Source: Casimicrobiaceae bacterium (GTDB lineage: Bacteria; Pseudomonadota; Gammaproteobacteria; Burkholderiales; Casimicrobiaceae). From it: a stretch of DNA of 40,388 nt. Shown here piece by piece: positions 27,935 to 36,318 of the stretch. Position numbers and translations under genes: made by a program. The stretch is from the NCBI GenBank assembly GCA_039934535.1, contig JBDTLY010000001.1, positions 1 through 40,388 on the forward strand. Direction: 5' to 3'. Under the pieces are notes generated by a model. It was given only the letters and a program-made list of their open reading frames with translations. It had not been told where the DNA came from and did no database searches. Position 1 is the first letter of the stretch, and each line of letters opens with the position of its first letter.

Positions 27935-28378
27935 CTACCGGGCGGATCCCATCGGCACGCCGCGATTGGCGAGCGCATCGGCGCGGTCGTTTCCGGGATG
28001 GTCCGTGTGCCCCTTGACCCAGTGCCAGCGGACCTTGTGCCGCGCCGTCAGTGCATCGATCTCGTGCCACAGGTCCGCGTTCTTGACCGGCTTCCGGTCG
28101 CTCGTCTTCCAGCCGTTCTTCTTCCAGCCGTGGATCCAGCTCTGGATTCCGTTTTTCACGTATTGCGAGTCGGTGTAGAGGTCGACCACGCAGTCGCGTT
28201 TCAGGCTTTCGAGCGCGCGGATGACGGCCGTCATTTCCATCCGGTTGTTCGTGGTCGCGGGCTCGCCGCCGAAGAGCTCCTTCTCGCGGTCGCCGAAGAC
28301 CAGCAGCGCGCCCCAGCCGCCCGGCCCCGGATTGCCCTTGCACGCGCCATCGGTGTAGATCGTGACGCCAGCGCTCAC
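27935..28378 (-). CDS. rnhA: Ribonuclease HI
   Basis: The C-terminal part of track ORF 27935..29038 reads (V)[25 protein letters not shown]...[17 protein letters not shown]...[10 protein letters not shown]...[20 protein letters not shown]. The GTG start overlaps the upstream stop (GTGA). Confidence 0.9.
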   Translation of the reverse strand: MSAGVTIYTDGACKGNPGPGGWGALLVFGDREKELFGGEPATTNNRMEMTAVIRALESLKRDCVVDLYTDSQYVKNGIQSWIHGWKKNGWKTSDRKPVKNADLWHEIDALTARHKVRWHWVKGHTDHPGNDRADALANRGVPMGSAR

Positions 28379-29136
28379 GCGACCCGCTCGTTCTCGATCC
28401 GCTCGATGCACTCCCGCGCCTGGCGCGGCGCGGTCGCGATCCCGTTCTTGCGCAGCTCCCACGCCGGGGTGATCACGCGCATGCCGAGCACGCGTTTCGT
28501 CGCGCGCAGGTAGTAGACGCCGCCGGCGATCGGCCACCAGCGGTCGCCCGCGCTTTCGAAGAAGCCAAAGCGCGACAGCCATTTTTCCTGCGCGAACGGC
28601 GGCACGTAGCCGTCGAGCCCGCCGCCGGTCACCTCGAAGCCGAGCAGCGCGAGCCAGTCCTTCAGCCGGTAGAGCGCGATGAAGCTGCCGTCCCACGGAG
28701 GCGTTTCGCCCCGCCCGAAGTAGCGGCGCGCGCCGAACAGTGAAAACGGATTGAATCCGGCGATGACGAGCTGCCCGTCCGGGCGCACCGTGCGATGGAC
28801 CTCGCGCAGCAGCTGATGCGGATCGGCGCTGAATTCGAGCGCATGCGGCAGCACGACGAGGTCGAGCGAGTTCTCGGGAAACGGCAGCCAGAGGGGATCG
28901 GCCAGCACCTGCGCCGGCGGCGCGATGTCGACCGTCCAGCGGGTGGTGATCCGGCTTTGCGCAAGGTACGGATATTCCGGCAGCCCAACCTGGATGGCGT
29001 GAAATCCGAAGATGTCCGTGACGGTCCGGTCGAACCACGCCTGCTCGCGCGCGAGCAGGTAGCGCCCGAGCGGCGTCGCGAACCAGTCGGCGAGCGTCGT
29101 CGACACGACGGCCGCGGCTCCGGAAGGGGCGTCCAT
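28375..29136 (-). CDS. Class I SAM-dependent methyltransferase
   Basis: Track ORF 28375..29172, with the start taken at [10 protein letters not shown] (alternatives are 29154 and 29172). It contains [47 protein letters not shown]. It holds the conserved position between rnhA and gloB. Confidence 0.75.
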   Translation of the reverse strand: MDAPSGAAAVVSTTLADWFATPLGRYLLAREQAWFDRTVTDIFGFHAIQVGLPEYPYLAQSRITTRWTVDIAPPAQVLADPLWLPFPENSLDLVVLPHALEFSADPHQLLREVHRTVRPDGQLVIAGFNPFSLFGARRYFGRGETPPWDGSFIALYRLKDWLALLGFEVTGGGLDGYVPPFAQEKWLSRFGFFESAGDRWWPIAGGVYYLRATKRVLGMRVITPAWELRKNGIATAPRQARECIERIENERVA

Positions 29137-29911
29137 GCAGGCGATTATCCCCATCCCTGCCTTCACCGACAACTATATCTGGGTCGTGCGCGAAGGCCGC
29201 AATGCAATCGTCGTCGATCCCGGCGACGCGGCGCCCGTCCTCGCCTGGCTTTCACAGGAAGGCGTCGCGCTGAAAGGCATCCTCATCACTCATCACCATG
29301 GAGACCACGTCGGCGGCGTTGCGGCGCTCGCGGCGCTTCATTCGGTTCCCGTCTACGGCCCCGCGCACGAATCGATTCCGGGGCGCACGCATCCGGTGGT
29401 GGAGGGCGACATCGTCGCGCTGCCGGACGTCGGGCTTGAACTGTCCGTGCTCGATGTTCCCGGCCACACGGCGGGTCAGGTCGCGTATTTCGGTCGCTGC
29501 GACGGCCTGCCGGTCACGTTCACCGGCGACACGCTGTTCACCGCCGGTTGCGGCCGGATCTTCGAGGGCACGCCGACGCAGATGCTCGACTCGTTGTCAA
29601 AGCTCGCCGCGCTCCCCGGCGACACGCTTGTCTATTGCGGCCACGAATACACGCTCGCGAACCTGCGCTTCGCGCTCGCGGTCGAGCCGGGCAATCCCGC
29701 GCTTCTTGCACGTCAGGCGCGCGAGCAGGCGAAGCGCGACCACAACCTGCCGACGGTTCCCGCGCGGATGGACGAAGAGCGCGCGACCAATCCGTTCCTG
29801 CGGGCGGCGGAACCCGCCGTGTTCGCGGCGGCGGCGGCGCATGCGGGCCGGCCGCTGGCCGACACCGTCGATGCCTTCGCGACGTTGCGGGAGTGGAAGA
29901 ACGCGTTTTGA
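29135..29911 (+). CDS. gloB: Hydroxyacylglutathione hydrolase (glyoxalase II)
   Basis: 258-aa ORF starting [18 protein letters not shown]. It has the ITHHHGDH metallo-beta-lactamase motif and the [13 protein letters not shown] motif. GGAAGGGG lies upstream. Confidence 0.9.
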   Translation: MQAIIPIPAFTDNYIWVVREGRNAIVVDPGDAAPVLAWLSQEGVALKGILITHHHGDHVGGVAALAALHSVPVYGPAHESIPGRTHPVVEGDIVALPDVGLELSVLDVPGHTAGQVAYFGRCDGLPVTFTGDTLFTAGCGRIFEGTPTQMLDSLSKLAALPGDTLVYCGHEYTLANLRFALAVEPGNPALLARQAREQAKRDHNLPTVPARMDEERATNPFLRAAEPAVFAAAAAHAGRPLADTVDAFATLREWKNAF

Positions 29912-29947
29912 CAAGGCGCCGGGACGAAGCTCCCGTCGGCGCTTCGG

Positions 29948-29976
29948 TTGACGCCTGCGGCCCCTGCGCCTACCAT
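29948..29976 (+). promoter_or_regulatory. Candidate sigma70 promoter for mltD
   Basis: TTGACG (29948..29953), a 17-nt spacer, then TACCAT (29971..29976). It lies about 30 nt upstream of the TTG start. Confidence 0.3.
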
Positions 29977-30005
29977 CGCCGCAGTCTTTCTTGACTGCGA
30001 CCTAA

Positions 30006-31565
30006 TTGCGCAAAAGCCTACTCCCCGCCCTCGCACTTTCCGCGCTGTTCGCAGCATGCGCTGCACCCGGCCCGGAGCTCTCCGCGCCGGCCCGGGAAAC
30101 CGTCGCGGCACCCGATCCACCCGTTGTCGCTCCGCCTCCCGCCGACGCGGTCGTTCCCGTGCCCGTCGTGGAGCCGTTCACCGCCGCGGTCGCCGAGTCG
30201 CTCGAAGCGCTGCCGCCTCCCGCCGATGATATCTGGGTCCGGATCCGCAAAGGATTCGCGATGCCCGATCTCGACGATCCGCTGGTCGCGAAATGGGAGG
30301 AGTGGTACGCATCGCGTCCTGATTACGTCGCGCGGATGATCGATCGCAGCCGCCGTTATCTCTATCACATCGTGGTCGAGGTCGACGAGCGGCACATGCC
30401 CACGGAGATTGCGCTCCTCCCGATGATCGAGAGCGCGTACAACCCGAATGCGCTATCGACCAGCCGCGCGTCGGGAATCTGGCAGTTCATTCCCTCGACC
30501 GGCACCCACTACGGGTTGAAGCAGACGTTCTGGTTCGATTCGCGCCGCGACGTGATCGCCGGCACCGAGGGCGCGCTCACCTATCTCACGAAGCTCTACG
30601 GCGACTTCGATGACTGGCAGCTCGCGCTTGCCGCGTACAACTGGGGCGAAGGCAACGTCGCAAAAGCCATCGCGCTGAACCAGAAGAAGGGGCTGCCGGG
30701 CGCCTACGCAAGCCTCAAGATGCCCGCCGAGACCCGCAATTACCTGCCGAAGCTGCAGGCGGTGAAGAACATCATCAGCGACCCCGCGAAGTACGGCATC
30801 GTGCTGGACGACATTCCGGACGCGCCGTATTTCGCCGTGGTCCACACGACGAAGAGAATGGACGTGAAGCGTGCCGCCGAGCTGGCGGAGATGCCCCTGG
30901 AGGAGTTCCAGTTCCTGAACCCCCACTTCAACCGGCCGGTCATCGCGGGGGCCGACGAATACACGCTCCTGCTGCCGATCGACAAGGCGGAACTGTTCGC
31001 GGCGAAACTCGACCTCGCCGACCAGCCGCTTGTTTCATGGCAGGCGTACCGAGTGCGCAACGACGAGACGCTGCCGCAGGTGGCGTCGAAATTCGGGCTG
31101 CCGGTCGAGTCGCTGCGCGCCGTCAACGGGCTCGGCACGAAAGCCAAGGTGCCCGCCGGACACACGCTGCTCGTGCCGTCCACGCGCGCGAGTTCGGAAG
31201 CGGAGGTGGGCCTGTCCCAGGCGGTGTTCACGACGGTGCCGCAGGGCCGGACGTTCTACTACCGCGTGAACCGCGGCGACACGCTGGCGGGCATCGCCGG
31301 CCGTTACGACGTCAGCGTGCAGGACATCCGGCGCTGGAACGGACTCGCGCAGGCCGTGGTCAAGCCGGGTCAGTCGCTCCGCATCACGAGCGACCGCGCG
31401 CCCAACGTCGGCAAGGCCAAGCGCGCCACCGGAAAGAAGGGTATGGCTTCGGCGACAGCGAAGGCGCCGCAGAAGCGCGCCGTGGCCGCTCCGGCGGGAC
31501 ACAAGCCGGCGCCGGCCAAGACGGGAACCAAGGCAGCGAAGACGGGCAAGCCCGCGGGCAGTTAA
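30006..31565 (+). CDS. mltD: Membrane-bound lytic murein transglycosylase D-like lipoprotein with LysM domains
   Basis: TTG start immediately after an in-frame TAA. A lipobox is present (LSALFAAC). The SLT catalytic region is ESAYNPNALSTSRASGIWQFIPSTG. LysM repeats are present (YRVRNDETLPQVASKFGL..., YRVNRGDTLAGIAGRYDVSVQDIRRWNGL). The C-terminal tail is Lys/Ala/Pro-rich. Confidence 0.85.
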   Translation: MRKSLLPALALSALFAACAAPGPELSAPARETVAAPDPPVVAPPPADAVVPVPVVEPFTAAVAESLEALPPPADDIWVRIRKGFAMPDLDDPLVAKWEEWYASRPDYVARMIDRSRRYLYHIVVEVDERHMPTEIALLPMIESAYNPNALSTSRASGIWQFIPSTGTHYGLKQTFWFDSRRDVIAGTEGALTYLTKLYGDFDDWQLALAAYNWGEGNVAKAIALNQKKGLPGAYASLKMPAETRNYLPKLQAVKNIISDPAKYGIVLDDIPDAPYFAVVHTTKRMDVKRAAELAEMPLEEFQFLNPHFNRPVIAGADEYTLLLPIDKAELFAAKLDLADQPLVSWQAYRVRNDETLPQVASKFGLPVESLRAVNGLGTKAKVPAGHTLLVPSTRASSEAEVGLSQAVFTTVPQGRTFYYRVNRGDTLAGIAGRYDVSVQDIRRWNGLAQAVVKPGQSLRITSDRAPNVGKAKRATGKKGMASATAKAPQKRAVAAPAGHKPAPAKTGTKAAKTGKPAGS

Positions 31566-31607
31566 CGGCATCACTGCGCGGCGGCCCCGCGGAGATTTCC
31601 GGGCCCC

Positions 31608-31648
31608 AAAACAAAACAGGCGACGCGTTGCGCGTCGCCTGTCTTTTT
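31608..31648. terminator. Bidirectional rho-independent terminator shared by mltD and the H1-like gene
   Basis: AAAACAAAA, then CAGGCGACGCG-TTG-CGCGTCGCCTG (11-bp perfect stem), then TCTTTTT. A U-tract is available on both strands. Confidence 0.8.
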
Positions 31649-31707
31649 GCCTGCCGCCGATCGCCGTGCTATCAGGACGAAGCGGACAGACTGGCTGCGG
31701 GCAGTGC

Positions 31708-32097
31708 CTACAGCTTCTTGGCCTTTTTCTTGGCCTTCTTCTTGGTCGCCTTCTTGGCAGCCTTCTTGCGCTTCGGGGCGGCCTTCTTCTTCTTGGTCGC
31801 CTTCTTGGCAGCCTTCTTGCGCTTCGGGGCGGCCTTCTTCTTCTTGGTCGCCTTCTTCGCTGCCTTGCGCTTCTTGGGGGCGGCCTTCTTCTTCTTGGTC
31901 GCCTTCTTTGCTGCCTTCTTCTTCGTCGCCTTCTTCGCAGCCTTGCGCTTCGGGGCGGCCTTCTTCTTCTTGGTCGCCTTCTTCGCTGCCTTCTTCTTGG
32001 GGGCGGCCTTCTTGGTCGCCTTCTTCTTTGCTTTCCGCTTGGTCGCCTTCTTCGGCGCCGGCGCGGCCACCGGCATCATCGACATAATGTCAGCCAT
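31708..32097 (-). CDS. Histone H1-like Lys/Ala-rich repetitive DNA-binding protein
   Basis: 129-aa ORF, MADIMSMMPVAAPAPKKATKRKAKKKATKKAAPKKKAAKKATKKKKAAPKRKAAKK...KKAKKKAKKL. GGAGA lies 8 nt upstream of the ATG. Composition resembles AlgP/BpH1-type bacterial H1-like proteins. Confidence 0.75.
   Translation of the reverse strand: MADIMSMMPVAAPAPKKATKRKAKKKATKKAAPKKKAAKKATKKKKAAPKRKAAKKATKKKAAKKATKKKKAAPKKRKAAKKATKKKKAAPKRKKAAKKATKKKKAAPKRKKAAKKATKKKAKKKAKKL
31744..32062. repeat. Tandem 51-bp coding repeats (17-aa unit KKATKKKKAAPKRKKAA) with degenerate flanking copies
   Basis: Copies at 31744..31794 and 31795..31845 are identical. A third copy at 31846..31896 is diverged. Further GGTCGCCTTCTT-anchored units extend to about 32060. 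Confidence 0.85.
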
Positions 32098-32228
32098 TCT
32101 TAGGTCTCCTGTCTGAGTTTCTGCAACTGTTATGGTGCTTCACCTTCTTCGCAGGCGGTTCCGGCTCGGTCTTTTGGCAGCACAATTTTCCGCCACCTAT
32201 TGACAAATCCTTTCCACCTGCTGCATGA

Positions 32229-32256
32229 ATTCTAGCCAGATTTATCCGGATTGCAA
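32229..32256 (-). promoter_or_regulatory. Candidate sigma70 promoter for the H1-like gene
   Basis: On the minus strand: TTGCAA (32256..32251), a 16-nt spacer, then TAGAAT (32234..32229). It sits in the lower-GC intergenic region about 130 nt upstream of the ATG. Confidence 0.3.
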
Positions 32257-32380
32257 GATTTCCGCACCAATTCCGGGCCTTGCATGCGCGACTGTTGCGA
32301 TTTCGCACATCGCGTTACGGGGTGCAAAACGCGATTTCGGCACGGTTGCACATGCGCGATCACGCTGCGCATGCACGCTT

Positions 32381-33625
32381 CTACGGAAGCAAAGATTCGC
32401 GCGCGAAGAGTTCGGCGATCGTCTCGCGCGAGCGGGCGAGATGCGCTGTTTTCCCGTCGACGACGACCTCGCAGGCACGCGGGCGGGTGTTGTAGTTGGA
32501 GCTCATCGCGAATGCATAGGCGCCTGCCGAGCGCACGGCGAGGAGGTCGCCCGCGGCAAGCGCCAGGTCGCGGTCGTGCGCCAGGAAATCCGCGCTCTCG
32601 CAGACCGGTCCGACGATCTCCCAGCGCTTCGGCGTCTCGCTGCGCGGCTGCACGGCTTCCACGTCATGCCAGGCATCGTAGAGGGCGGGCCGAATCAGGT
32701 CGTTCATCGCCGCATCGACGATCGCGAAGTCGCGCGCGTCGCCCGGCTTGAGATAGAGGACGCGGGTGAGCAGCACGCCCGCGTTGCCCACGAGAAAGCG
32801 GCCCGGCTCGAACAGCAGCCGCTGGCTTCGCGTCCCGCGCGCGCGCAGCATGGCGAGCGCGTACTGGTACGGGTCGATCGTCTCCTCGCTGCGGTAGCGG
32901 ATGCCGAGCCCGCCGCCCAGGTCGACGTGCGCAAGCGCGATGCCGTCGGCCTCGATCCGGTCCACGAGCGTGAAGACCTTCTCGGCGGCTTCGACGCAGA
33001 CGGACAGGTCCGTGACCTGCGAGCCGATGTGGCAATCGATGCCGCGCACGGCGATGTGCGGCAGCGTCGCCGCGCGCCGGTACAGCGCCGGCGCCTCCGT
33101 CCAGGCGACGCCGAACTTGTTCTCCTTGAGGCCGGTCGAGATGTACGGATGCGTCCGCGGATCGACGTCGGGGTTCACGCGGAACGAGACCGGTGCGACC
33201 TTGCCAAGGCGTCCGGCGACCGCTTCCAGGAGATCGAGCTCGGCGGCCGACTCGACGTTGAAGCACAGGATGCCGGCGTCGATCGCCTCCGCCATTTCGG
33301 CCGCCGTCTTGCCCACCCCCGAGAACACGGTCTTGGTAGGGTCCCCGCCTGCCGCGATGACGCGCGCGAGCTCGCCGCCGGACACGATGTCGAATCCCGA
33401 TCCGGCGCGCGCCAGCAGGTTCATCACCGCGAGATTGGAGTTCGCCTTGACCGCATAGCAGACGAGGTGCGGTTGCCCGTCGAACGCGGCGGAAAACGCG
33501 CGGTACCCATCTTCGATGGCGGCGCGCGAATAGACGAAGCACGGGGTGCCGAAGCGCGCCGCGATCTCCGCAAGCGGCATGCCCTCGGCGTGGAGTTCGC
33601 CGTCCAGCAGGCGAAACACGTTCAT
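32381..33625 (-). CDS. lysA: Diaminopimelate decarboxylase
   Basis: Internal ATG of ORF 32381..33763. The product starts MNVFRLLDGELHAEGMPLAEIAARFGTPCFVYSRAAIEDGYRAF. It also contains YAVKANSNLAVMNLL, DLGGGLGIRY and CESADFLA. About 414 aa. Confidence 0.9.
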   Translation of the reverse strand: MNVFRLLDGELHAEGMPLAEIAARFGTPCFVYSRAAIEDGYRAFSAAFDGQPHLVCYAVKANSNLAVMNLLARAGSGFDIVSGGELARVIAAGGDPTKTVFSGVGKTAAEMAEAIDAGILCFNVESAAELDLLEAVAGRLGKVAPVSFRVNPDVDPRTHPYISTGLKENKFGVAWTEAPALYRRAATLPHIAVRGIDCHIGSQVTDLSVCVEAAEKVFTLVDRIEADGIALAHVDLGGGLGIRYRSEETIDPYQYALAMLRARGTRSQRLLFEPGRFLVGNAGVLLTRVLYLKPGDARDFAIVDAAMNDLIRPALYDAWHDVEAVQPRSETPKRWEIVGPVCESADFLAHDRDLALAAGDLLAVRSAGAYAFAMSSNYNTRPRACEVVVDGKTAHLARSRETIAELFARESLLP

Positions 33626-33834
33626 GGCTTCCGAGGTGCTTCGGGATTGGCGTCCGACGTTGGCGGCAGCGGAGGCCCCACGTCGGTTGCAACGGGCGCC
33701 GGCGGCGTGGCGGGTCGAAGCGGTCCCTTGATGCCGCAGCCGGACGCCGCGAGCACGATCCACGCGACGGCCAGCACGGCGGCAATGCGGGCCGGGCGGG
33801 CAGCGCGAACGGCGGCGGCGAAATCACGTAACAT
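33622..33834 (-). CDS. lptM: Small lipoprotein, LptM (YifL)-like
   Basis: Tail of track ORF 33622..34371: MLRDFAAAVRAARPARIAAVLAVAWIVLAASGCGIKGPLRPATPP... The lipobox followed by CG[IL]KGPL matches E. coli YifL/LptM. The stop overlaps the lysA ATG (ATGA). Confidence 0.7.
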   Translation of the reverse strand: MLRDFAAAVRAARPARIAAVLAVAWIVLAASGCGIKGPLRPATPPAPVATDVGPPLPPTSDANPEAPRKP

Positions 33835-33861
33835 CGAGCGGAATCCTAGCACGCGGATACC

Positions 33862-34209
33862 ATGACCACCGACAGCGAATTCATGGCCGCCACCGACCGC
33901 GCGCTTGCCGCGATCGGTGCGGCGCTGGACGCGGCGCTCGCCGACAGCGACGTCGATCTCGACTGGAATCTCAACGACGGGATCCTTGAAATCGAATGCG
34001 AGGACGGCAGCAAGCTGATCGTCAACCGGCACGCCCCCAACCGTGAAATCTGGGTCGCGGCGAAGTCCGGCGGTTTCCATTTCGGCGTGCGTGACGGCGG
34101 CTGGCGCGACACGCGTTCGGGCGCGGAACTCGGGGTGGCGCTGGCGGCGCTGCTCAAGGCGCAGGCGGGGCTCGACGTTGCGCTGCCGCCGCTGCCGGTG
34201 CCCGGTTAG
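33862..34209 (+). CDS. cyaY: Iron donor protein CyaY (bacterial frataxin)
   Basis: 115-aa ORF, MTTDSEFMAATDRAL...DGILEIECEDGSKLIVNRHAPNREIWVAAKSGGFHF. It has the conserved position divergent from lptM. Confidence 0.88.
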   Translation: MTTDSEFMAATDRALAAIGAALDAALADSDVDLDWNLNDGILEIECEDGSKLIVNRHAPNREIWVAAKSGGFHFGVRDGGWRDTRSGAELGVALAALLKAQAGLDVALPPLPVPG

Positions 34210-34225
34210 CTCAGCGTCCGAAGCG

Positions 34226-34996
34226 CTACTCGAGTACCACCGACCACTCTGAAAGGGCGCGGCGCGCCGCCGCGTGCCCCGGGTGCAGCGTCTCGACCAG
34301 CGCCCAGAACCGCGGCGAATGATTGAGCTCGACGAGATGCGCGACCTCGTGCGCGACGACGTATTGCGCAAGCTCGGGGGGCAGCTGGATCAACCGCCAC
34401 GAGAGCCGGATGTCGCCTTTCCGGTTGCAGCTTCCCCACTCCGAGCGGGCGTTCGACAGCTTGACTGAAGGCGAGCCCGCGCCGATCCGCGCCGCGCAGG
34501 CGGCCACGCGCGGCTCGACGAAACGCAGCGCCTCGTCCTTGAGCCAGCGGATGACAAAGATGGCAAGCGCCCGTTCGTCCTCGGGGGACGGATGGAGAAC
34601 CGTGAGGTTGAGGAGATCCGCGGCGATCTCCTTCTTGCGTGCCGGAAGGACCGCGAGGGAGAGATCGCGCCCCTGCAGCAGCAGCGTCGCGCCAGACTTC
34701 CATTCGCCCGGCAGCACGTCGCGGCGCAGCGCGCGCCATTCCGCCAGGCAGCGGAGGATCCACGGCCCGTGCTCGCGCAGCGCCGACTCGATGTCGCGGA
34801 GCGTGACCCACCGCGACGCGCGCACGACAAGTCCGGACAAGCCGATCTGCATGCCGATCGAGCGGCGCTTCGCGCGGACCAAGCGGTAATCTACAACTTC
34901 GCCGGCGAGGACGATCCGGCGCAGATCGCCATCATCGGCGGTGCGGCGCCCGCCGATGAGGTCGTCGATGCGAAGGCGCGCGCGATCGGAAATCAC
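34226..34996 (-). CDS. M48 family metallopeptidase (YgjP/DUF45-like)
   Basis: Contains the HEVAHLVELNHSPRFW zinc motif. I prefer the GTG start at 34996 because it overlaps the plsC stop (GTGA). The track start at 35035 is also a GTG and would overlap plsC by 43 nt. Confidence 0.75.
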   Translation of the reverse strand: MISDRARLRIDDLIGGRRTADDGDLRRIVLAGEVVDYRLVRAKRRSIGMQIGLSGLVVRASRWVTLRDIESALREHGPWILRCLAEWRALRRDVLPGEWKSGATLLLQGRDLSLAVLPARKKEIAADLLNLTVLHPSPEDERALAIFVIRWLKDEALRFVEPRVAACAARIGAGSPSVKLSNARSEWGSCNRKGDIRLSWRLIQLPPELAQYVVAHEVAHLVELNHSPRFWALVETLHPGHAAARRALSEWSVVLE

Positions 34997-35712
34997 GTCG
35001 GCCGGCCCAGCCGCGCGACCTCGTTCTCGATCCACGCCTCGACTTCGGTGGTCAGCTGCTGTGCATCCTTGCTAACCGGCGCGATCGGGGGCCCGAACGA
35101 AATCGTCACGATGCCGGGACGCTTCCCGAAGATGCCCTTGGGCCACAGCCAGCCGGCGTTGTGGGCGACGGGAACCATCGGCACGCCGAGCTCGCGCGCG
35201 AGCCGCGCGCCGCCAGTCTTGTACTTGGCGCGCGTGCCGGCGCGGATGCGCGTTCCCTCGGGATAGACGGCGATCCAGAAACCCTGCTTGAACCGTTCGC
35301 GGCCCTGCTTTGCGATTTGCTGCATTGCATCCATGCCGGCCTTGCGGTCGATCGTGATTGGCGACGACAGCGCGAATCCCCAGCCGAAGAACGGGATCGA
35401 CAGGAGCTCCTTCTTGGCCACGTACGCGAGCGGCGGGAAGAACAGCGTCAGCGCCATCGTCTCCCACGTCGAGCTGTGCTTCGACATCACGATGTGCGGA
35501 ATGTTCGCCGGCGGGATGTTTTCCGCGCCGGTCATGCGGTAGCGGATGCCGCAGATCCAGCGCGCGCCCTGCAGGTTCGTCCAGCACCACGCGGCGGCGA
35601 TCCGGTACATCGGCACGCGCGGGATCCAGAAGAGCGCAAGCATCACGAACGCGTAGACGGGCGTGACGAGGAGCTGGAACAGCAGGAACAGCAGGGAGCG
35701 AACGGCGGACAT
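34993..35712 (-). CDS. plsC: 1-acyl-sn-glycerol-3-phosphate acyltransferase family protein
   Basis: 239-aa ORF with an N-terminal TM segment. It carries the acyltransferase blocks VMSKHSSTWE, FFGW and VYPEGTR. Confidence 0.8.
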   Translation of the reverse strand: MSAVRSLLFLLFQLLVTPVYAFVMLALFWIPRVPMYRIAAAWCWTNLQGARWICGIRYRMTGAENIPPANIPHIVMSKHSSTWETMALTLFFPPLAYVAKKELLSIPFFGWGFALSSPITIDRKAGMDAMQQIAKQGRERFKQGFWIAVYPEGTRIRAGTRAKYKTGGARLARELGVPMVPVAHNAGWLWPKGIFGKRPGIVTISFGPPIAPVSKDAQQLTTEVEAWIENEVARLGRPT

Positions 35713-35730
35713 CGGGCGAGGCGCGACGGC

Positions 35731-36312
35731 TCAGTCGGCCGCGAGCAGCGCGGACGCCGCGAACGCGAGGTCCGGGAAGATCACCGTATTCTTCGGAAAG
35801 TTGCCTGCGCGGAGCGTTTTCTCGCCCTTGCCGGTCAGCACCAGCAGCGGCTGCGCGCCGATCGCCTCGGCGGCTTCGAGGTCGCGTACGGAATCGCCTA
35901 CGCACGGCACCCCGGTCATCTCGATGCCGAAGCGCACGCCGATTTCCTTGAACATGCCGGGCTTCGGCTTCCGGCACTCGCAGATGGAGTCGGCGGTGTG
36001 CGGGCAGTAGAACAGCGCGTCGACGCGGCCGCCGACCTGCGCCAGCGCCTTGTGCATCTTCTCGTGGATCGCGTTCAGCGTGGCCATGTCGAACAGGCCG
36101 CGCCCGATGCCCGACTGGTTGGTGGCGACGACCACGCGGAAACCGGCATGGTTCAAACGCGCGATCGCGTCGAGGCTGCCGGGAATCGGACGCCACTCGT
36201 CCGGCGACTTGATGAACTGGTCGCTGTCGCGGTTGATCACGCCGTCACGGTCGAGCACGATCAGCTTGACGGCGCGGGTCTGGGCGACGGCTTCGGAGGC
36301 GAGTTGGACCAT
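35731..36312 (-). CDS. gmhB: D-glycero-beta-D-manno-heptose 1,7-bisphosphate 7-phosphatase
   Basis: 193-aa ORF with LIVLDRDGVIN, VVATNQSGIGRG, the zinc-loop CPHTADSICECRKPKPGM and VGDSVRDLEAA. Confidence 0.88.
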   Translation of the reverse strand: MVQLASEAVAQTRAVKLIVLDRDGVINRDSDQFIKSPDEWRPIPGSLDAIARLNHAGFRVVVATNQSGIGRGLFDMATLNAIHEKMHKALAQVGGRVDALFYCPHTADSICECRKPKPGMFKEIGVRFGIEMTGVPCVGDSVRDLEAAEAIGAQPLLVLTGKGEKTLRAGNFPKNTVIFPDLAFAASALLAAD

Positions 36313-36318
36313 GGCTTG

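Noticed and set aside
31647-32116. Plus-strand ORFs across the tandem-repeat region (S/P/W-rich at 31647..32087, L/G/R-rich at 31666..32103, A/F-rich tail of 31037..32116), and the possibility of a CRISPR array
   Set aside because: The repeats are contiguous with no spacers, so this is not a CRISPR array. The plus-strand frames lack SD sequences and start inside, or straddle, the mltD terminator. The minus-strand K/A-rich frame has an SD, a promoter-like element and a terminator, and it matches a known protein class.
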